Of a stretch of DNA of 64,000 nt, positions 39,647 to 58,945 are shown in pieces. This stretch comes from the human T2T-CHM13v2.0 reference genome, Homo sapiens. Below the pieces are notes generated by a model. The model was not told the origin of the DNA. It saw nothing but the letters and a program-made list of their open reading frames with translations, and searched no databases. A program made the translations under genes and the position numbers. The stretch is taken from the NCBI RefSeq assembly GCF_009914755.1, contig NC_060929.1; one strand, written 5' to 3'. Positions within the stretch are counted from its first letter, which is position 1. Each line of letters begins with the position of its first letter.

Positions 39647-40541
39647 GTTCTCACATCTGCATATGAAGGTCTTGTTCTAGATTTTGAAAAGTTCACTTCC
39701 ACTACTTCTGGTCTCTAAGGTTCTATAAGATAAACCAAAATCATTGAGTTTTAAATTATACTTTTATGTAAAACAAATTATTTTCTTCTAATTCTTCATA
39801 ATTTGTTGAACTCCTGGTGCTGAAGAAATACAGGTAAACAAGGCAGAGCTGGGTACTGCCTTTAGGAGCTCATATTCTTGTTTTACTAAGACAATAAACA
39901 AGTGATTACCAGGGTCTGCTGTGGTGTTATGTAAGTAATATACTAGAGGCCATGGAAACAGACACTATGGTTAATTTAAGCCACATTCTAGGAGCAGTCT
40001 GTGTCTTAATCAAGAATTCACGCTCTCTAATTAAATAAAGAGATGGGAGAATGTAAAGAAAATAGATCTGGGATTATTTCCATTTTTTTTGTAAAATAAT
40101 TTTGAATTTATTGTTGATTATTCTGTTTAGTGTCTCTTTTAGAAGAATTCAGTTAACAAATCTCTCTTAGAGATTGGTATTCGAGAAAATGTAATTTTCT
40201 CTACATGCTTGAATGATTCTTATTAATAATCTTATAGAATTTCTATTTTTGCCTTAGCTCCAAAGCTATTCAAAGCTAAATTTGCTGTTTCATGAAAGTA
40301 ATTAGCTTACTCTTTCCTCATATAATCTACTGAGCTTTCTCTACTACCCAGTCATATTCAACTGTCATTAAAACCATTCATGCCTCTTGCAATTTGCCAT
40401 TTGTAATATTAATCTAGTGGTTCAAGTTGCTTAGATCATGGTACTTGACCAGATATTTTATAAACTACATAGGGAGGCTGGCTTTATAAGTCAAGCCTGA
40501 CTATGTAATGAAGAGAATTGCTCTCCTTTTGGAAGTTTTGA

Positions 40542-40917
<376 letters not shown>

Positions 40918-41059
40918 CTGACTGTGTGTCTTTATTGAGCAGAACTTGAATCCAGGAGGAAGAGCACTCCTACCCAGTCCTTCCACCCGGGCCTTCTTAT
41001 CTAGACCTAGTAGCATCCATAATTTAGCCCTTAATGTTACTATTCTGTATTCAGTCATT

Positions 41060-41295
41060 TGAGAGTCAGTATTTTATAGTAGCTGAGGGTACAGAGGTAG
41101 GACTAACTTCCTGTGTTCTAACCCCACACTACAGGTTCCTTACCTTAGTAAGTAAGTAATCTTACTTACTGGAGCCTCAATTTCCTTTTTTAGAAATGAA
41201 ATAATCGAGTGTTGCTTTGGAGTTATTTGAGACAACTCACGTGAACTATTTAGAATCATCTCAGCACACAAGAAGCATTCTGTGTGTGTTAGCTA
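41060..41295 (+). mobile_element. MIR SINE
   Basis: gagcctcaatttcctttt..aaatgaaataat...gagttatttgagacaac...agcacacaagaagcattc. Confidence 0.6.
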
Positions 41296-42907
41296 ATTGT
41301 ATTTATCTGCACTCATGTAATATATATGATACCTGAAATTATTTGAAATACTTAATTGTAGATAATGTGTTATTAACTATGTAGGTGGAAGCCACAGTTG
41401 GAGCATTCAGTTGCCCTTATCAGGAATTCAGCAGAAGATGAGCTAGACACATTCCCAAGGCAGCTCTATATATAGATTCTTCAGTTATCACTTTTACTGG
41501 AGACTATCAGAGTAGTTCACTCATCAGCATAATATGTTAGAAATAGGATTCTGTTGGAAAAACTAGCATCTGTAAAGTGTTCACTAGTGATGGATTCTCA
41601 CTAGTGGTTTTCAAGATGTATAGATTGGCTAAAATATTTTAGAGATAATTCCAGTTGTTCCCTAAACAGTAGTAAGAATATAGCAAACACTGTATCTTTC
41701 ACTTACACCTTTGAGCATGACTCCTTAAGGCTGATTTGTATGTATTTCTTTTCCAACATTGATTCAGAATTTTCCTAATGACTTGACTTAGTAGGTTTAG
41801 CCAGATCTAATAATGGAATATTGTTACATTTGGCTCATCTAAATCTTTCATTCTTTTTTTCCTTTTTTTTTTTTTGGTAAACTGTGATTTTATCAAATTT
41901 TTTAAATAGGTGATATGGTTGATAGATAATATGTGTTGGTATCTGTGGCCAAATTTGTCCTGAGGCATAATTTTATTTTAACTTTTACTTATTTTAAACT
42001 GTTGACAGCTATCAATAGCTGCCCATGAGGACCCTCTGGTCATGCATAGGCATAGTGGTTTCAGCTAATTTACAGCAGTATGCCTCCCTAATTCAGCTGG
42101 ATTATAAATTCTGTGAGTACAGAAACAAAAACTTATTGAGCATTTATGTTTTACAATAAACATTTAGTTATTAAAAACCTAATGCCTGCAAGGTATCATT
42201 ATGGTAAGTGGGGATCCTCAGATGACTAAATAACGTGTTTTATTCTCAATAAGCTTTTGATTTGGTGATCAACTATTTTTTGTTGATAATCAAATATCAA
42301 CTATTTTTTCTTGATAATTATTCTTGCAATCTAAGTTGTATAGAACACATTGTTGGCAGTAGTTAATGAATAGTTGTTTAAAAGATAATTTCCTCCAGGA
42401 AAAATATTTCCCCAAAACTTATAGTCTCTTTTTTCTCTAATTGAAGGGGAGTTCCTTGCAAATTTTACTAGTAGAAAACCAGACATTTGTCATGAAGTAA
42501 AACTCACTGAAATGAAATTGCTCTTTGTGAAAAACTGCTCTGCAATAAGGTAATTAGTTCCATTGGCTTTGTTTTGATGAAAGATTCATGCATTGAAATC
42601 TGCTTAGTTGTATGTGAAACAGTTTCCACCCATAAAAAATCACAGAGTTTACAGCATTTTCTCTCTCTAAATTGGGTTTTTAAATTTACTTTCCACCTTG
42701 GTCCTTTCCGTCAAAAAAAGTAACTTTTCTTGCAAGAGCAAATTGTTTTATGCTTATCCCATAATTCATGAGTTCTTTAAAGAGGAAATGGAGGTAAATG
42801 CCAAAGTTTAATTTTAAAAAATGCCACAGTGAAATTTGCTCATTCTGTCTGCACATACGGATGTAAAAAGCTATGTGGTTTGAGCTCATGGAAATGGAAG
42901 GTACCTC

Positions 42908-44060
<1,153 letters not shown>

Positions 44061-44197
44061 AGACATTTAACACATGGGAAAATAGTCTAATTGAATTAAA
44101 ATTAAGCTGCCTTTAGAAGCAGTGGTAGAGTCAGACCAGTGGACTAATAATAGATTGTAATGTTGACATCTAGAGATAAAACTAGTAAAAAAGTATC

Positions 44198-44557
44198 TGT
44201 GATAGTTAATTTTATGTGTCAACTTGGCTGGGCCACTATACCAAAATATTTAGCCTATCATTTTTCAAGATGTTTCTGTTTGGTTGTTTTATGGATGAGA
44301 GTAACATATAAATTGGTAGGCTCTGAGTAAAGCCAATTGCCCATCTTAATGCAGATGGGCCTCATCTAATCAGTTGGTCTTAATAGAACAAAGACTGACC
44401 TTCCCTGAGCAAGAAGGGATTGTTCCAAAAGATGGCCTTTGGATTTTAACTGCAGCTCTTCCCTGGGTGTCCAGCCTGCTAGCTTACCTCATCAGATTTT
44501 AAACTTACGAAGCTGTCACAATCCATTGAGCCGATTCCTTAAAAATAAATTTCTCTT

Positions 44558-44612
<55 letters not shown>

Positions 44613-44819
44613 AAATGGAATACTGTCATGTTTGCCTCAAGTAAATCTTTTGTTCAAGTTTTTTTCATTATTTGGTAAACTGGGATTTTATCAAATATTT
44701 AAAATAGGTCATGGCCGATACATAATATGCGTTGGTATAGATAATATGTGTTGGTAATTTATATATATATAAATTATTCATGTATATAATCTATGATTAT
44801 ATATGTGTGTGTGTGTGCA

Positions 44820-44864
<45 letters not shown>

Positions 44865-44899
44865 GCATTTTCTTTCTTTGGAGAGTACTGACTAATAGA
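44198..44899 (+). mobile_element. MLT2B-like solo LTR with internal (TA)n(GA)n and (TG)n(TA)n microsatellites and a templated insert
   Basis: tgtgatagttaattttatgtgtcaacttggctggg...tgagtaaagc...gggcctcatctaatcagttg...tactgactaataga. Confidence 0.85.
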
Positions 44900-45122
44900 G
44901 TTGCCAGCAGAACTTATATGATGGGTATAGTCAATATATAGTCACAAGTGGAATAATATAACAAAATTAAAGGGCCTGTGTCTTTGTAAAGCTATAGTCA
45001 GATGAAATCACAGAGGCGTACATAGCATTCTGTGCACTGACTTTTGGCTGAAGTAGAAGACCCTTGTTAATTTGGTCTTTTATACCTGATTTTGCCTGAT
45101 ATACCATGTGATTTCAAGTTAG

Positions 45123-45535
45123 GTATCTCAGCTTGGATCCTCCTCAAAAGCAAATGCTAAGACAAAAAATTAAGTGCAATTATTTAATTTAGGAGTTGCA
45201 GAGAAAGGAGACAACCTATAAAAGATCAGATATTAAATTGGCTAATACAGTGGGAAAGCCTGGGAACTGTGTAAAATACATGCTTCAAAACGTTCTGCCA
45301 AAGGAACCAGAAAGTTGATGTACTTATACAGCAATGTCTGAGAGTCACTGGTAGGGAGATACTCTCAGGGAGTATCAATTTCTTGCCACTTATAAGAGTT
45401 AGACGGAAGCTTTGTAAAATTCCAAGAAAAGCCCTCAAGCACACAGATATCCTAATACTGCACACGGGAGGTTGGTGGAATATACTGGAATGTAAGTCTG
45501 AGAGATATGGCAGGGCATTGAAAGCATCTACTCCA
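45123..45535. mobile_element. LTR33-like (ERVL) solo LTR
   Basis: tctcagcttggatcctcctcaaaagcaaatgctaagacaa...agtgcaattatttaatttagg ... gggcattgaaagcatctactcca. Confidence 0.55.
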
Positions 45536-45639
45536 TTACAAAAGTTCAGACTGCCTTTACTTTTGATCTATCACCATCATAGAGTAGGCGGTTCTATTTT
45601 ATTAATTACAAATTATTTTTCCAGCAAGTGACAAGGAAC

Positions 45640-45948
45640 CTCACTAACAATGGCAGTCCAGAGCTTCGTTAGCAGCCTACTAACATTAACATCATCAACG
45701 ATCCAGGCTTTTTTCATCCTTCTCTACTATCCCTAACATAATAAAGCACACCAACACTGCTGGAACCACAGCAAACTGAGGTCTTTGGTTCTTATTCATC
45801 CAGTCATCTCATGGTTGCAGGATGGCTGTTATAACTCTAAAACTTCTAACAAAGATCAAAGGGAGGAAAGAAGAGGAGAAGGAAGGAGCAGGGCAGTTTA
45901 AGCTACTATTTTTCATACCTCCATATTCTTAATAAGAAAACAATTTGT
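45640..45948. mobile_element. Old MLT1-type MaLR LTR fragment (target of the L1PA3)
   Basis: catcatcaacgatccaggcttttttcatc, ctcatggttgcaggatggctg. Confidence 0.5.
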
Positions 45949-46984
45949 GTGAAGGGAGGAGCCAAGATGGCCGAATAGGAAGAGCTCTAGTCTACAGCTC
46001 CCAGCATGAGCAACGCAGAAGACGGTGATTTCTGCATTTCCATCTGAGGTACCGGGTTCATCTCACTAGGGAGTGCCAGACAGTGGGCGCAGGTCAGTGG
46101 GTGTGCGCACCGTACGCAAGCAGAAGCAGGGCGAGGCATTGACTTACTCGGGAACTGCAAGGGGTCAGGGAGTTCCCTTTCCTAGTCAAAGAAAGGAGCG
46201 ACAGACAGCACCTGGAAAATCGGGTCACTCCCACCCAAATACTGCGCTTTTCCGACGGCCTTAAAAATGGCACACCAGGAGATTATATCCCGCACATGAC
46301 TTCGAGGATCCTACACCCACGGAGTCTCACTGATTGCTAGCACAGCAGTCTGAGATCAAACTGCAAGGCCGCAGTGAGGCTCGGGGAGGGGCGTCTGCCA
46401 TTACCCAGGCTTGCTTAGGTAAACAAAGCAGCTGGGAAGCTCGAACTGGGTGGAGCCCACCACATCTCAAGGAGGCCTGCCTGCCTCTGTAGGCTCCACC
46501 TCTGGGGGCAGGGCACAGACAAGCAAAAAGACAGCAGTAACCTCTGCAGACTTAAATGTCCCTGTCTGACAGCTTTGAAGAGAGCAGTGGTTCTCCCAGC
46601 AGGCAGCTGGAGATCTGAGAATGGGCAGACTGCCTCCTCAAGTGGGTCCCTGACCCCTGACCCCTGAGCAGCCTAACTGGGAGGCACCCCCCAGCAGGGG
46701 CAGACTGACACTTCACACAGCCAGGTACTCCTCTGAGACAAAACTTCCAGAGGAAAGATCAGACAGCAGCATTCACGGTTCATGAAAAACCACTGTTCTA
46801 CAGCCACCGCTACTGATACCCAGGCAAACAGGGTCTGGAGTGGACCTCTAGCAAACTCCAACAGACCTGCAGCTGAGGGTCCTCTCTGTTAGAAGGAAAA
46901 CTAACAAGCAGAAAGGACATCCACACCAAAAACCCATCTGTACATCACCATCATCAAAGACCAAAAGTACATAAAACCACAAAG

Positions 46985-47991
46985 ATGGGGAAAAAACAGA
47001 GCAGGAAAACTGGAAACTCTAAAAGCAGAGCACCTCTCCTCCTCCAAAGGAATGCAGTTTCTCACCAGCAACAGAACAAAGCTGGACGGAGAATGATTTT
47101 GACGAGCTGAGAGAAGAAGGCTTCAGACGATCAAACTACTCCGAGCTACAGGAGGAAATTCAAACCAAAGGCAAAGAAGTTGAAAACTTTGAAAAAAATT
47201 TAGAAGAATGTATAACCAGAATAACCAATACAGAAAAGTGCTTAAAGGAGCTGATGGAGCTGAAAGCCAAGGCTCAAGAACTACGTGAACAATGCAGAAG
47301 CCTCAGGAGCCGATGCGATCAACTGGAAGAAAGGGTATCAGCGATGGAAGATGAAATGAAGTGAGAAGGGAAGTTTAGAGAAAAAAGAATAAAAAGAAAC
47401 AAACAACGCCTCCAAGAAATATGGGACTATGTGAAAAGACCAAATCTACGTCTGATTGGTATACCTGAAAGTGACAGGGAGAATGGAACCAAGTTGGAAA
47501 ACACTCTGCAGGATATTATCTAGGAGAACTTCCCCAATCTTGCAAGGCAGGCCAACATTCAGATTCAGGAAATACAGGGAATGCCACAAAGATACTCCTC
47601 GAGAAGAGCAACTCCAAGACACATAATTGTCAGATTCACCAAAGTTGAAATGAAGGAAAAAATGTTAAGGGCAGCCAGAGAGAAAGGTCGGGTTACTCTC
47701 AAAGGGAAGCCCATCAGAGTAACAGCAGATCTCTCGGCAGAGACTCTACAAGCCAGAAGAGACAGGGGGCCAATATTCAACATTCTTAAAGAAAAGAATT
47801 TTCAACCCAGAATTTCATATCCAGCCAAACTAAGCTTAATAAGTGAAGGAGAAATAAAATACTTTACAGTCAAGCAAATGCTGAGAGATTTTGTCACCAC
47901 CAGGCCTGCCCTGAAAGAGCTCCTGAAGGAAGCGTTAAACATGGAAAGGAACAACCGGTACCAGCCACTGCAAAATCATGCCAAAATGAAA
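46985..47991 (+). pseudogene. L1 ORF1p remnant
   Basis: Starts MGKKQSRK; indels and an in-frame TAG at 47521; ORF 47581-48027 gives the ORF1 C-terminal domain with the stop codon lost. Confidence 0.92.
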
Positions 47992-48054
47992 AGACCATCG
48001 AGACTAGGAAGAAACTGCATCAACTAACGCGCAAAATAAACAGCTAACATCATA

Positions 48055-51877
<3,823 letters not shown>

Positions 51878-52614
51878 ACAATGAGAACACATGGACACAG
51901 GAAGGGGAACATCACAGGAAGGGGACTGTTGTGGGGTGTGGGGTGGGGGGAGGGATAGCATTGGGAGATATACCTAATGCTAGATGACGAGTTAGTGGGG
52001 CAGCGCACCAGCATGGCACATGTATACATATGTAACTAAGCTGCACATTGTGCACATGTACCCTAAAACTTAAAGTATAATAACAATAATAATAAAAACA
52101 ATTTGTACAAACTTCCAATAACCTTGGCAACTCCTGTGTCACATAGCCAAGCCTACCTTCAAACACAAGTATGTAGCTGTGTCCAAGTTCAGTGTAAGAA
52201 ACAGAAGCCTCTCTAGTTACTTTAAGCAGAAATATTTAATACAGGAATTAGATGCTTACAAAGTCCTGGAAACAACTGCTGGAGTGAATTCCAACCTAGA
52301 CCCTCAATGATTTCTAGAAGTACTTAGCTGAATGTATGTACCCAGGGCATGATGTGGCCAGAATCAGGAAACTTGGGCTACATGAGAATACTACACTAAC
52401 TACTGAGTTTAGGAAGTCACACCTGAGGTGTGACCCAGTGATTAGGAAGCCAGGATCAGAGAACCAAGACTGCTTTGACCACTACAATACAGGCTGCAGC
52501 ACTGCAGTGGGAAAAACAAAAAAAAAAAGCAAATGCATCCATGTGAGTAACTGACATTTAGAGCACTTACTGCAAAGGAGACCGCAGAATGTAGAAATTA
52601 AAATGAGATTATCA

Positions 52615-52913
52615 GGCCAAGCACAGTGGCTCACGCCTGTAATCCCAGCACTTTGGGAGACCGAGACGTGTGGATCAAGAGGACAAGAGTTCAAGACCTC
52701 TCTGGCCAAGATGGTGAAACCCCGTCTCTACTAAAACTACAAAAAGTAGCCAGGCATGGTGGCGGGCACCTGTAATCCCAGCTACTAGGGAGGCTGAGGC
52801 AGAGAACTGCTTAAACCCGGGAGGCAGAGGTTGCAGTGAGCTTAGATTGCGCCACTGCTCTCCAGCCTGGGCAACAGAGCAAGTTTCCGTCTAAAATAAA
52901 TAAATAAATAAAA
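52615..52913 (+). mobile_element. AluSg-family (Sg4/Sg7-like)
   Basis: ggccaagatggtgaaac, gaggcagagaactgc; (TAAA)n tail; TSD aaaatgagattatc on both sides. Confidence 0.9.
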
Positions 52914-54879
52914 AAAATGAGATTATCTGGAAAACTCAATAGACCAAATTATGACTCTTCTTCTATGGTTAAACACATTGCATTTCTCTAAAAATCAAGG
53001 GTCTGTAGGCAAGGTAAACATTGGGGAAATGGCTAGTAGAAAGCTGATTAATGATGCTGGCGTCAGCATCCACTTAAGGTGGTGGAGATAGTACTCCAAC
53101 TCTACAGTTTCCTTTTTATCAAAATCTTCTCCTGTAAGAGTTCCACACCTTCTTTGACTCAGGTTCAAGGCTGACAATCATGGGACTCTTGCTAAGCCTT
53201 GACAATTAATATAGGCAAGAGCAGTAAAAAGAAAAGGTTATAAAGAAATGCCGTTAACTCAATAAAAGTATGTTTTTATTGTATATAAAATAAAAATTGG
53301 TTATATTTTTCCTAAGACTTCGGAATTTGTAAATATAAACTAAGTTGTGGCATCGACTATCATTTCTGTTTTCATTTAATAAAGCTCAATCACATTGTAG
53401 CTAATTTTACACAGGAACAAAAATCCACAATCATTTTAATTAAATTTGTGCACTGTCTAAAATACTATATGATAAATATTGAAATATATATGGTATTGAA
53501 GCAATTTTGGAAGCATCAGATAATGCTTAGTACTTGTGATATATGTTAGGGAGATAGCAGCAGATACCAAAATGTAGTTGCTCACTGTAGAGGAAAAGAG
53601 GCACACAAAGCTTACTCTACTTCTGTTGTAATTTCCAGTCAGCAGTTTGATATAGCTATAGCTTATTATAAGGCACTAAAATGGTACCTATTGACTCAGA
53701 TAAAATAACATAATATATTTGAGGGTGAACAACACTGAAAGCCTATGGAAACCCCACTAGCATTCTGTTTCCAAGATGAACAAGAAACAGTTTGCTCACA
53801 CACACAAAGAAAAGCTTTTACAAAATACAGCTTTCAGGCATACAGCATATTCAGTGGTTTGTTTCACTCTTTAACAAGAAGACCATCAAGGCCAAAACAG
53901 CATATGCAATGTAATAAAAAAAGGTATAGATTTAGAATAAATAATCTTATATTACATAAATGTAATTACTATGCATTCTAGAAGATTGTCTTGAGCCAAT
54001 AGTAAGTTTACTCACGGCTCAACAGCAAATGTTTTGAGAGTATGAAAAACACATCACAAAATAATAATTTTGAATTTAAAAGAAAATAACAAAACATACT
54101 AGGAGTTTTCTATAAATGAGATTGTTAACACCACTAAAGCACTGAAGAGAACAAAGAGGTTCAACCATAAGGTTTTAACACAGCAAAGCAACAGCAAGTG
54201 GTCAATCATAGCCACAGATTGTTCCTTAGAATTTGAAAGAATATTTTTACTCAAAGATGGGGAAAAAAAGCCATAATGTGTCTGTGTGCATATGTGTGTG
54301 TGTCTGTTGGTTGGTAGGTTGAGTGATGGGAGGAGGTTAAAAAAAGGATAATACAGGATTCTTACTGAGAGAATTTGTGAAGTTTATTGCCAAGGTTTTG
54401 ACTAGGGAAAGGGTTTTGGTATTCATTAGTTAATATTACCATGCATCAAAGCTCTATAGTACTAACATAACTAGATAGCACTATTTATGATAAGGAAGAC
54501 ATCTTAGTTTAAAATAATTTGACCAATAGGGTTCCAAAGGCAAAAGCTACCTTGAAGACTACAATGAGCTTCTGAGAAAAAGAAAAAAAATATTTCAAAC
54601 TGAGGAGACATGTCATACCTGATAGTCTTGGAACTTAACTGTCTTATACTTCTTTGTTCTAGAGAATCTGAAAGAAATATTTGAGAACATATTGATATAT
54701 TTTTCTAATAAGTTTTCTTTAAAGATTGCCTCTTTTTTACACTAATATATTAGAGCAATTTTAATTTGGGTAGTTGACATTTTCCAAAAGGAATTATGTT
54801 TTTTCCAAAATGCATGCTTTTCTTTTAGTATTTGCTAATCCAATATACCACCATTCTAATCTCTCTAAAATATGTTCTA

Positions 54880-55455
54880 TGTATTAATAACTGAATATAA
54901 ATGAACTAAACAATCTCATTAAGAAACTGAGATTGTGATATGGATTAAAACAAAACAAAACAAAAACCAAAAAAAAACTACATGACATACAAAAGAGGTT
55001 TAATAATTGCACACACAGGAAATAAAAAGAGGTTCCACTAGACAATCAAAGATAATGAATTATTTTATGACAAAATTTGAAAAATTTGATGAAATGGACA
55101 AATCCCTGCAAATACATACACAATTTACCAAGAGATACAAAAGAATAAATTTTTAAAATGGAATGAAATTAAAATTATTATTATTCTAAATTAAAATGCT
55201 GACTATGTAATCAAAGACTCTTCACATAATAGACGAGTGGCTTGGAAGGCTTCCAGTGAAAACTTTCAAATATTGAAGAAAGAAATCAGTTCAAACAAAC
55301 TCTTTCAGGGAATAAAGTGGAAACAATTAACAACTCATTTTATGGAGACAGAATAAGCTTCATGTTAATAATTTACAAGGCTATTAAAGAAAGAAAAATC
55401 ATAGATCACTTGCTTTCATAAATATAAACGCAAAAATCCTAAACAAAATATCACT
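54880..55455 (+). mobile_element. Old L1M ORF2 fragments
   Basis: aatttgaaaaatttgatgaaatggacaaatccc, caactcattttatggagac, aaatataaacgcaaaaatcctaaacaaaatat. Confidence 0.75.
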
Positions 55456-55716
55456 GAAGCAGTTGTTGGAAGGGGAAAAAAACACAGGAATACAAGAGTA
55501 AAAAAATAGATGAGGATTTTGAAAAGTGTTCTGGAACAAGGAGTGAGAGAAGAGAGACTTCTGGGGAGTCATAAGGACTTTGACATGTGAATAGGTAAAG
55601 GGATTTTAGTAGGTATTTATGTATAATTATAGCTACAATTTTTCTCTTCAGTAAATTTTCAAAAGACTTATGCTGAGTTGTCAAATTTGGAATGGATACA
55701 GTGAATGTGAATTCTT

Positions 55717-56043
<327 letters not shown>

Positions 56044-57189
56044 GAATGTGAATTCTTAATGAGGTATCTCATGTTTTACTCTTTATGATAAAATAATAGT
56101 CATGTAAAATTGTTAATATGATAAATGATATTATGAACTTTCCTGTATTAATGTCAGGAAGAGCTTAATGATGTATAAGGGTATGTCACATTGAAAAAAT
56201 GTTCACACGTATTGACCAAAAAGATGTCATTTTATAGTTTATCACCACACTGAAACTTTTAAAGTAGGTAATATGTTTAGACTCATTTGTCAAATCAGAA
56301 ATTAGAAATATGGAGATTATTAACTTGGGTAAGGCCATACAACTAATAAGTCCTAGATGTCTGACTCCAGAGCCTACAGGCTCTGTCTGCAACTGTCTCC
56401 CATGCACATAGATGTGCATTTCGAGCTCTGTTCAAGTCACATACACAGATGAAGCCATTCCTGATGTATAGGTGTCTTGAAAGTAATAAGAAAGGGTAAT
56501 TTTAACTGTGTTTTGGTAACATCGGTATTGGACACAGTTTTAAGAATAAAAATAGTAGAAATCAATAATATAGAGATAATAAGAAGCATCAGAAGCAGTA
56601 ATTTTTGTGTGTCAACACTCATTTGGCCACCATATCTACACTCAATTCTGAGAACCCTCTGATGGTGTATTACATTTAGAAAATAATGGCCTGATTTCAT
56701 ATGTGCTTTAGAGCAATCAAATTCCTGACATTAAATAGGCAATGATTCTACTCTTAAAAGTATTTTATAGTACTGCTGCCAATTGCTCAGTTGAGAGAAA
56801 TTACTGAAATAATTTGTCCCGTAAGTCACACATTTGAGAAATATCCCTAAAAATTTACAAGCTGTTCTTTGATAATGATGGAATAATATGTTCACATTCT
56901 GAAAGATAACACACAGCATGTTTATGTTGTTTATTAATGAAAGAATGTTTTAGAGAGAAGAGCTAACACCACTCCTGCCATTTTAATTCTCACATTTTGC
57001 CACTATAGGCTGTTAAATACTGCTATCTGAGTCACACTTACATTCTTGGCATGTTATGGCTGCTTTGGGGGCACACTGCAATACACTTCCTTTAGAACTA
57101 CCACAAATAACTAAAAGATAAATTAATAGGGGCTACTTTCTGGCACTCAGACTGATAGAGATTCATGTCCTTATTCTATTACAATTTAG

Positions 57190-57570
<381 letters not shown>

Positions 57571-57642
57571 AGCCACGCCCAGCCAAGCAGGCACTTACTC
57601 AAGCTCTCTGAAATTTGCACTATGCAATCAAAAGGTCATGAG

Positions 57643-57721
57643 GAGCCGAGATCGTGCCACTGCACTCCAGCCTAGGCGACAGAGGAAGACTCTGTCTCAA
57701 AAAAAAAAAAAAAAAAAAAAA
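57643..57721 (+). mobile_element. Severely 5'-truncated Alu (last ~55 nt plus pure poly(A))
   Basis: gagccgagatcgtgccactgcactccagcct...tgtctc(A)n; 15-bp TSD aaaaggtcatgagga at 57630-57644 / 57722-57736. Confidence 0.93.
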
Positions 57722-58570
57722 AAAAGGTCATGAGGAATAGGTAGCAAACAGTGGAATTATAGAGAAACAATAGTCCTCAATTTTTTTTATTGTTAATTTT
57801 ACTGATGTTTGGAATCATGACACACTTGGAACCAGAGGAATTTCAGAGGTTACCTAGACTAACTTTCCCTTTTATATATATATGAAGTTGGGTTATCTAG
57901 TCCAACTTACCGTTTCCAAACTCAAAGTTGAAATGCTTCTTTGAAGCTATATAATTGGCCAGTGGCACAAAGGATATAGCATTCCCCATGAAATGTTATT
58001 TCTATAATACAACAGTTTACCTATCTCTCTCCTTTTGCATACATAATTTTACTTCTCATATGCGAATAGCAGCTTGCCACACACACTGAGGGATGCAAAG
58101 GCAGCTTCAACTTGATGCATATGGAGGTGATCAAGGGCCCAGGTTTCTCCATCACTCCAAGGCATCCCAGACACCAGGCAGAGGCATCATTCTACTTTTG
58201 GATCTCAGTATATTTCCAAGCCTATAGACCATGGCTGAAGTACCAGGTGGGGGTGGGCCAACTAGGAACTAATAGCTATCTATTAGTATTCAAGAAAGAG
58301 TGAAGAAGGAAGACAGCACAGTGTATAGAAGCTGGTACCTTTTACTTATATCTCCCCAGCTGCCGGCTGTTCCTTACACCAATCTGGATGGACCTTATAT
58401 AAATCCTGATTATGATATCTTTTAAAATACCCACAATTTACCACTGTCAGTGTCCTCTTACCCAAACCTCTCTTTACCTACCCACTCCCAACTTGATCAG
58501 GATGGTTCCCAAGCTCCTCAAATGAGCTTTTCAATTCAGACTAGGAGTTAGGTTGGGAAGAGAAATCTAC

Positions 58571-58945
58571 TGCTATATTTTGTGCCCTTCAAAATTCATG
58601 TTGAAACTTAATCCCCAACAAAGCAGTATGGAGAGGTGGGGCCTTTCAGAGGTGATTGGATCATGAAGGCTCTGCCCTTATAAATAGATTAATTCATTTG
58701 TGGATTAATGGATTAAAAGACTACTGGATTTAGGGATTATCATGGGAATGGGACTGGTAGCTTTATAAGAAGAGGGAGAGAGTCCAAGCTAGTGCACTAA
58801 GGCCTCACCATGTGATGCCCTTCACTGCCTCACAACTCTCAGAGAGTTCCCACCAGCAAGAAGGCTCTCACCAGATGCTGCCTCTCAACCTTGGACTTAA
58901 CAGGTTTTATAACTATAAGAAATAATTTCCTTTTATTTATAAATT
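58571..58945 (+). mobile_element. MST (MSTD/MSTC-like) MaLR LTR, 3' end missing
   Basis: caaaattcatgttgaaacttaatcccc...gaggtggggccttt..gaggtgattggatcatga...ccaccagcaagaaggctctcaccagatgc. Confidence 0.85.

Noticed and set aside
41148-41171. 10-bp inverted repeat agtaagtaag/cttacttact in a MIR
   Set aside because: Too short and low-complexity to interpret.
42268-42320. ~30-bp tandem duplication atcaactattttt..ttgataat
   Set aside because: Ordinary short slippage duplication; real but uninformative.
52180-52560. Possible ancient LTR fragment
   Set aside because: LTR-like start (tgtgtccaagttcag...aaacagaagcc) but the family and boundaries could not be assigned.
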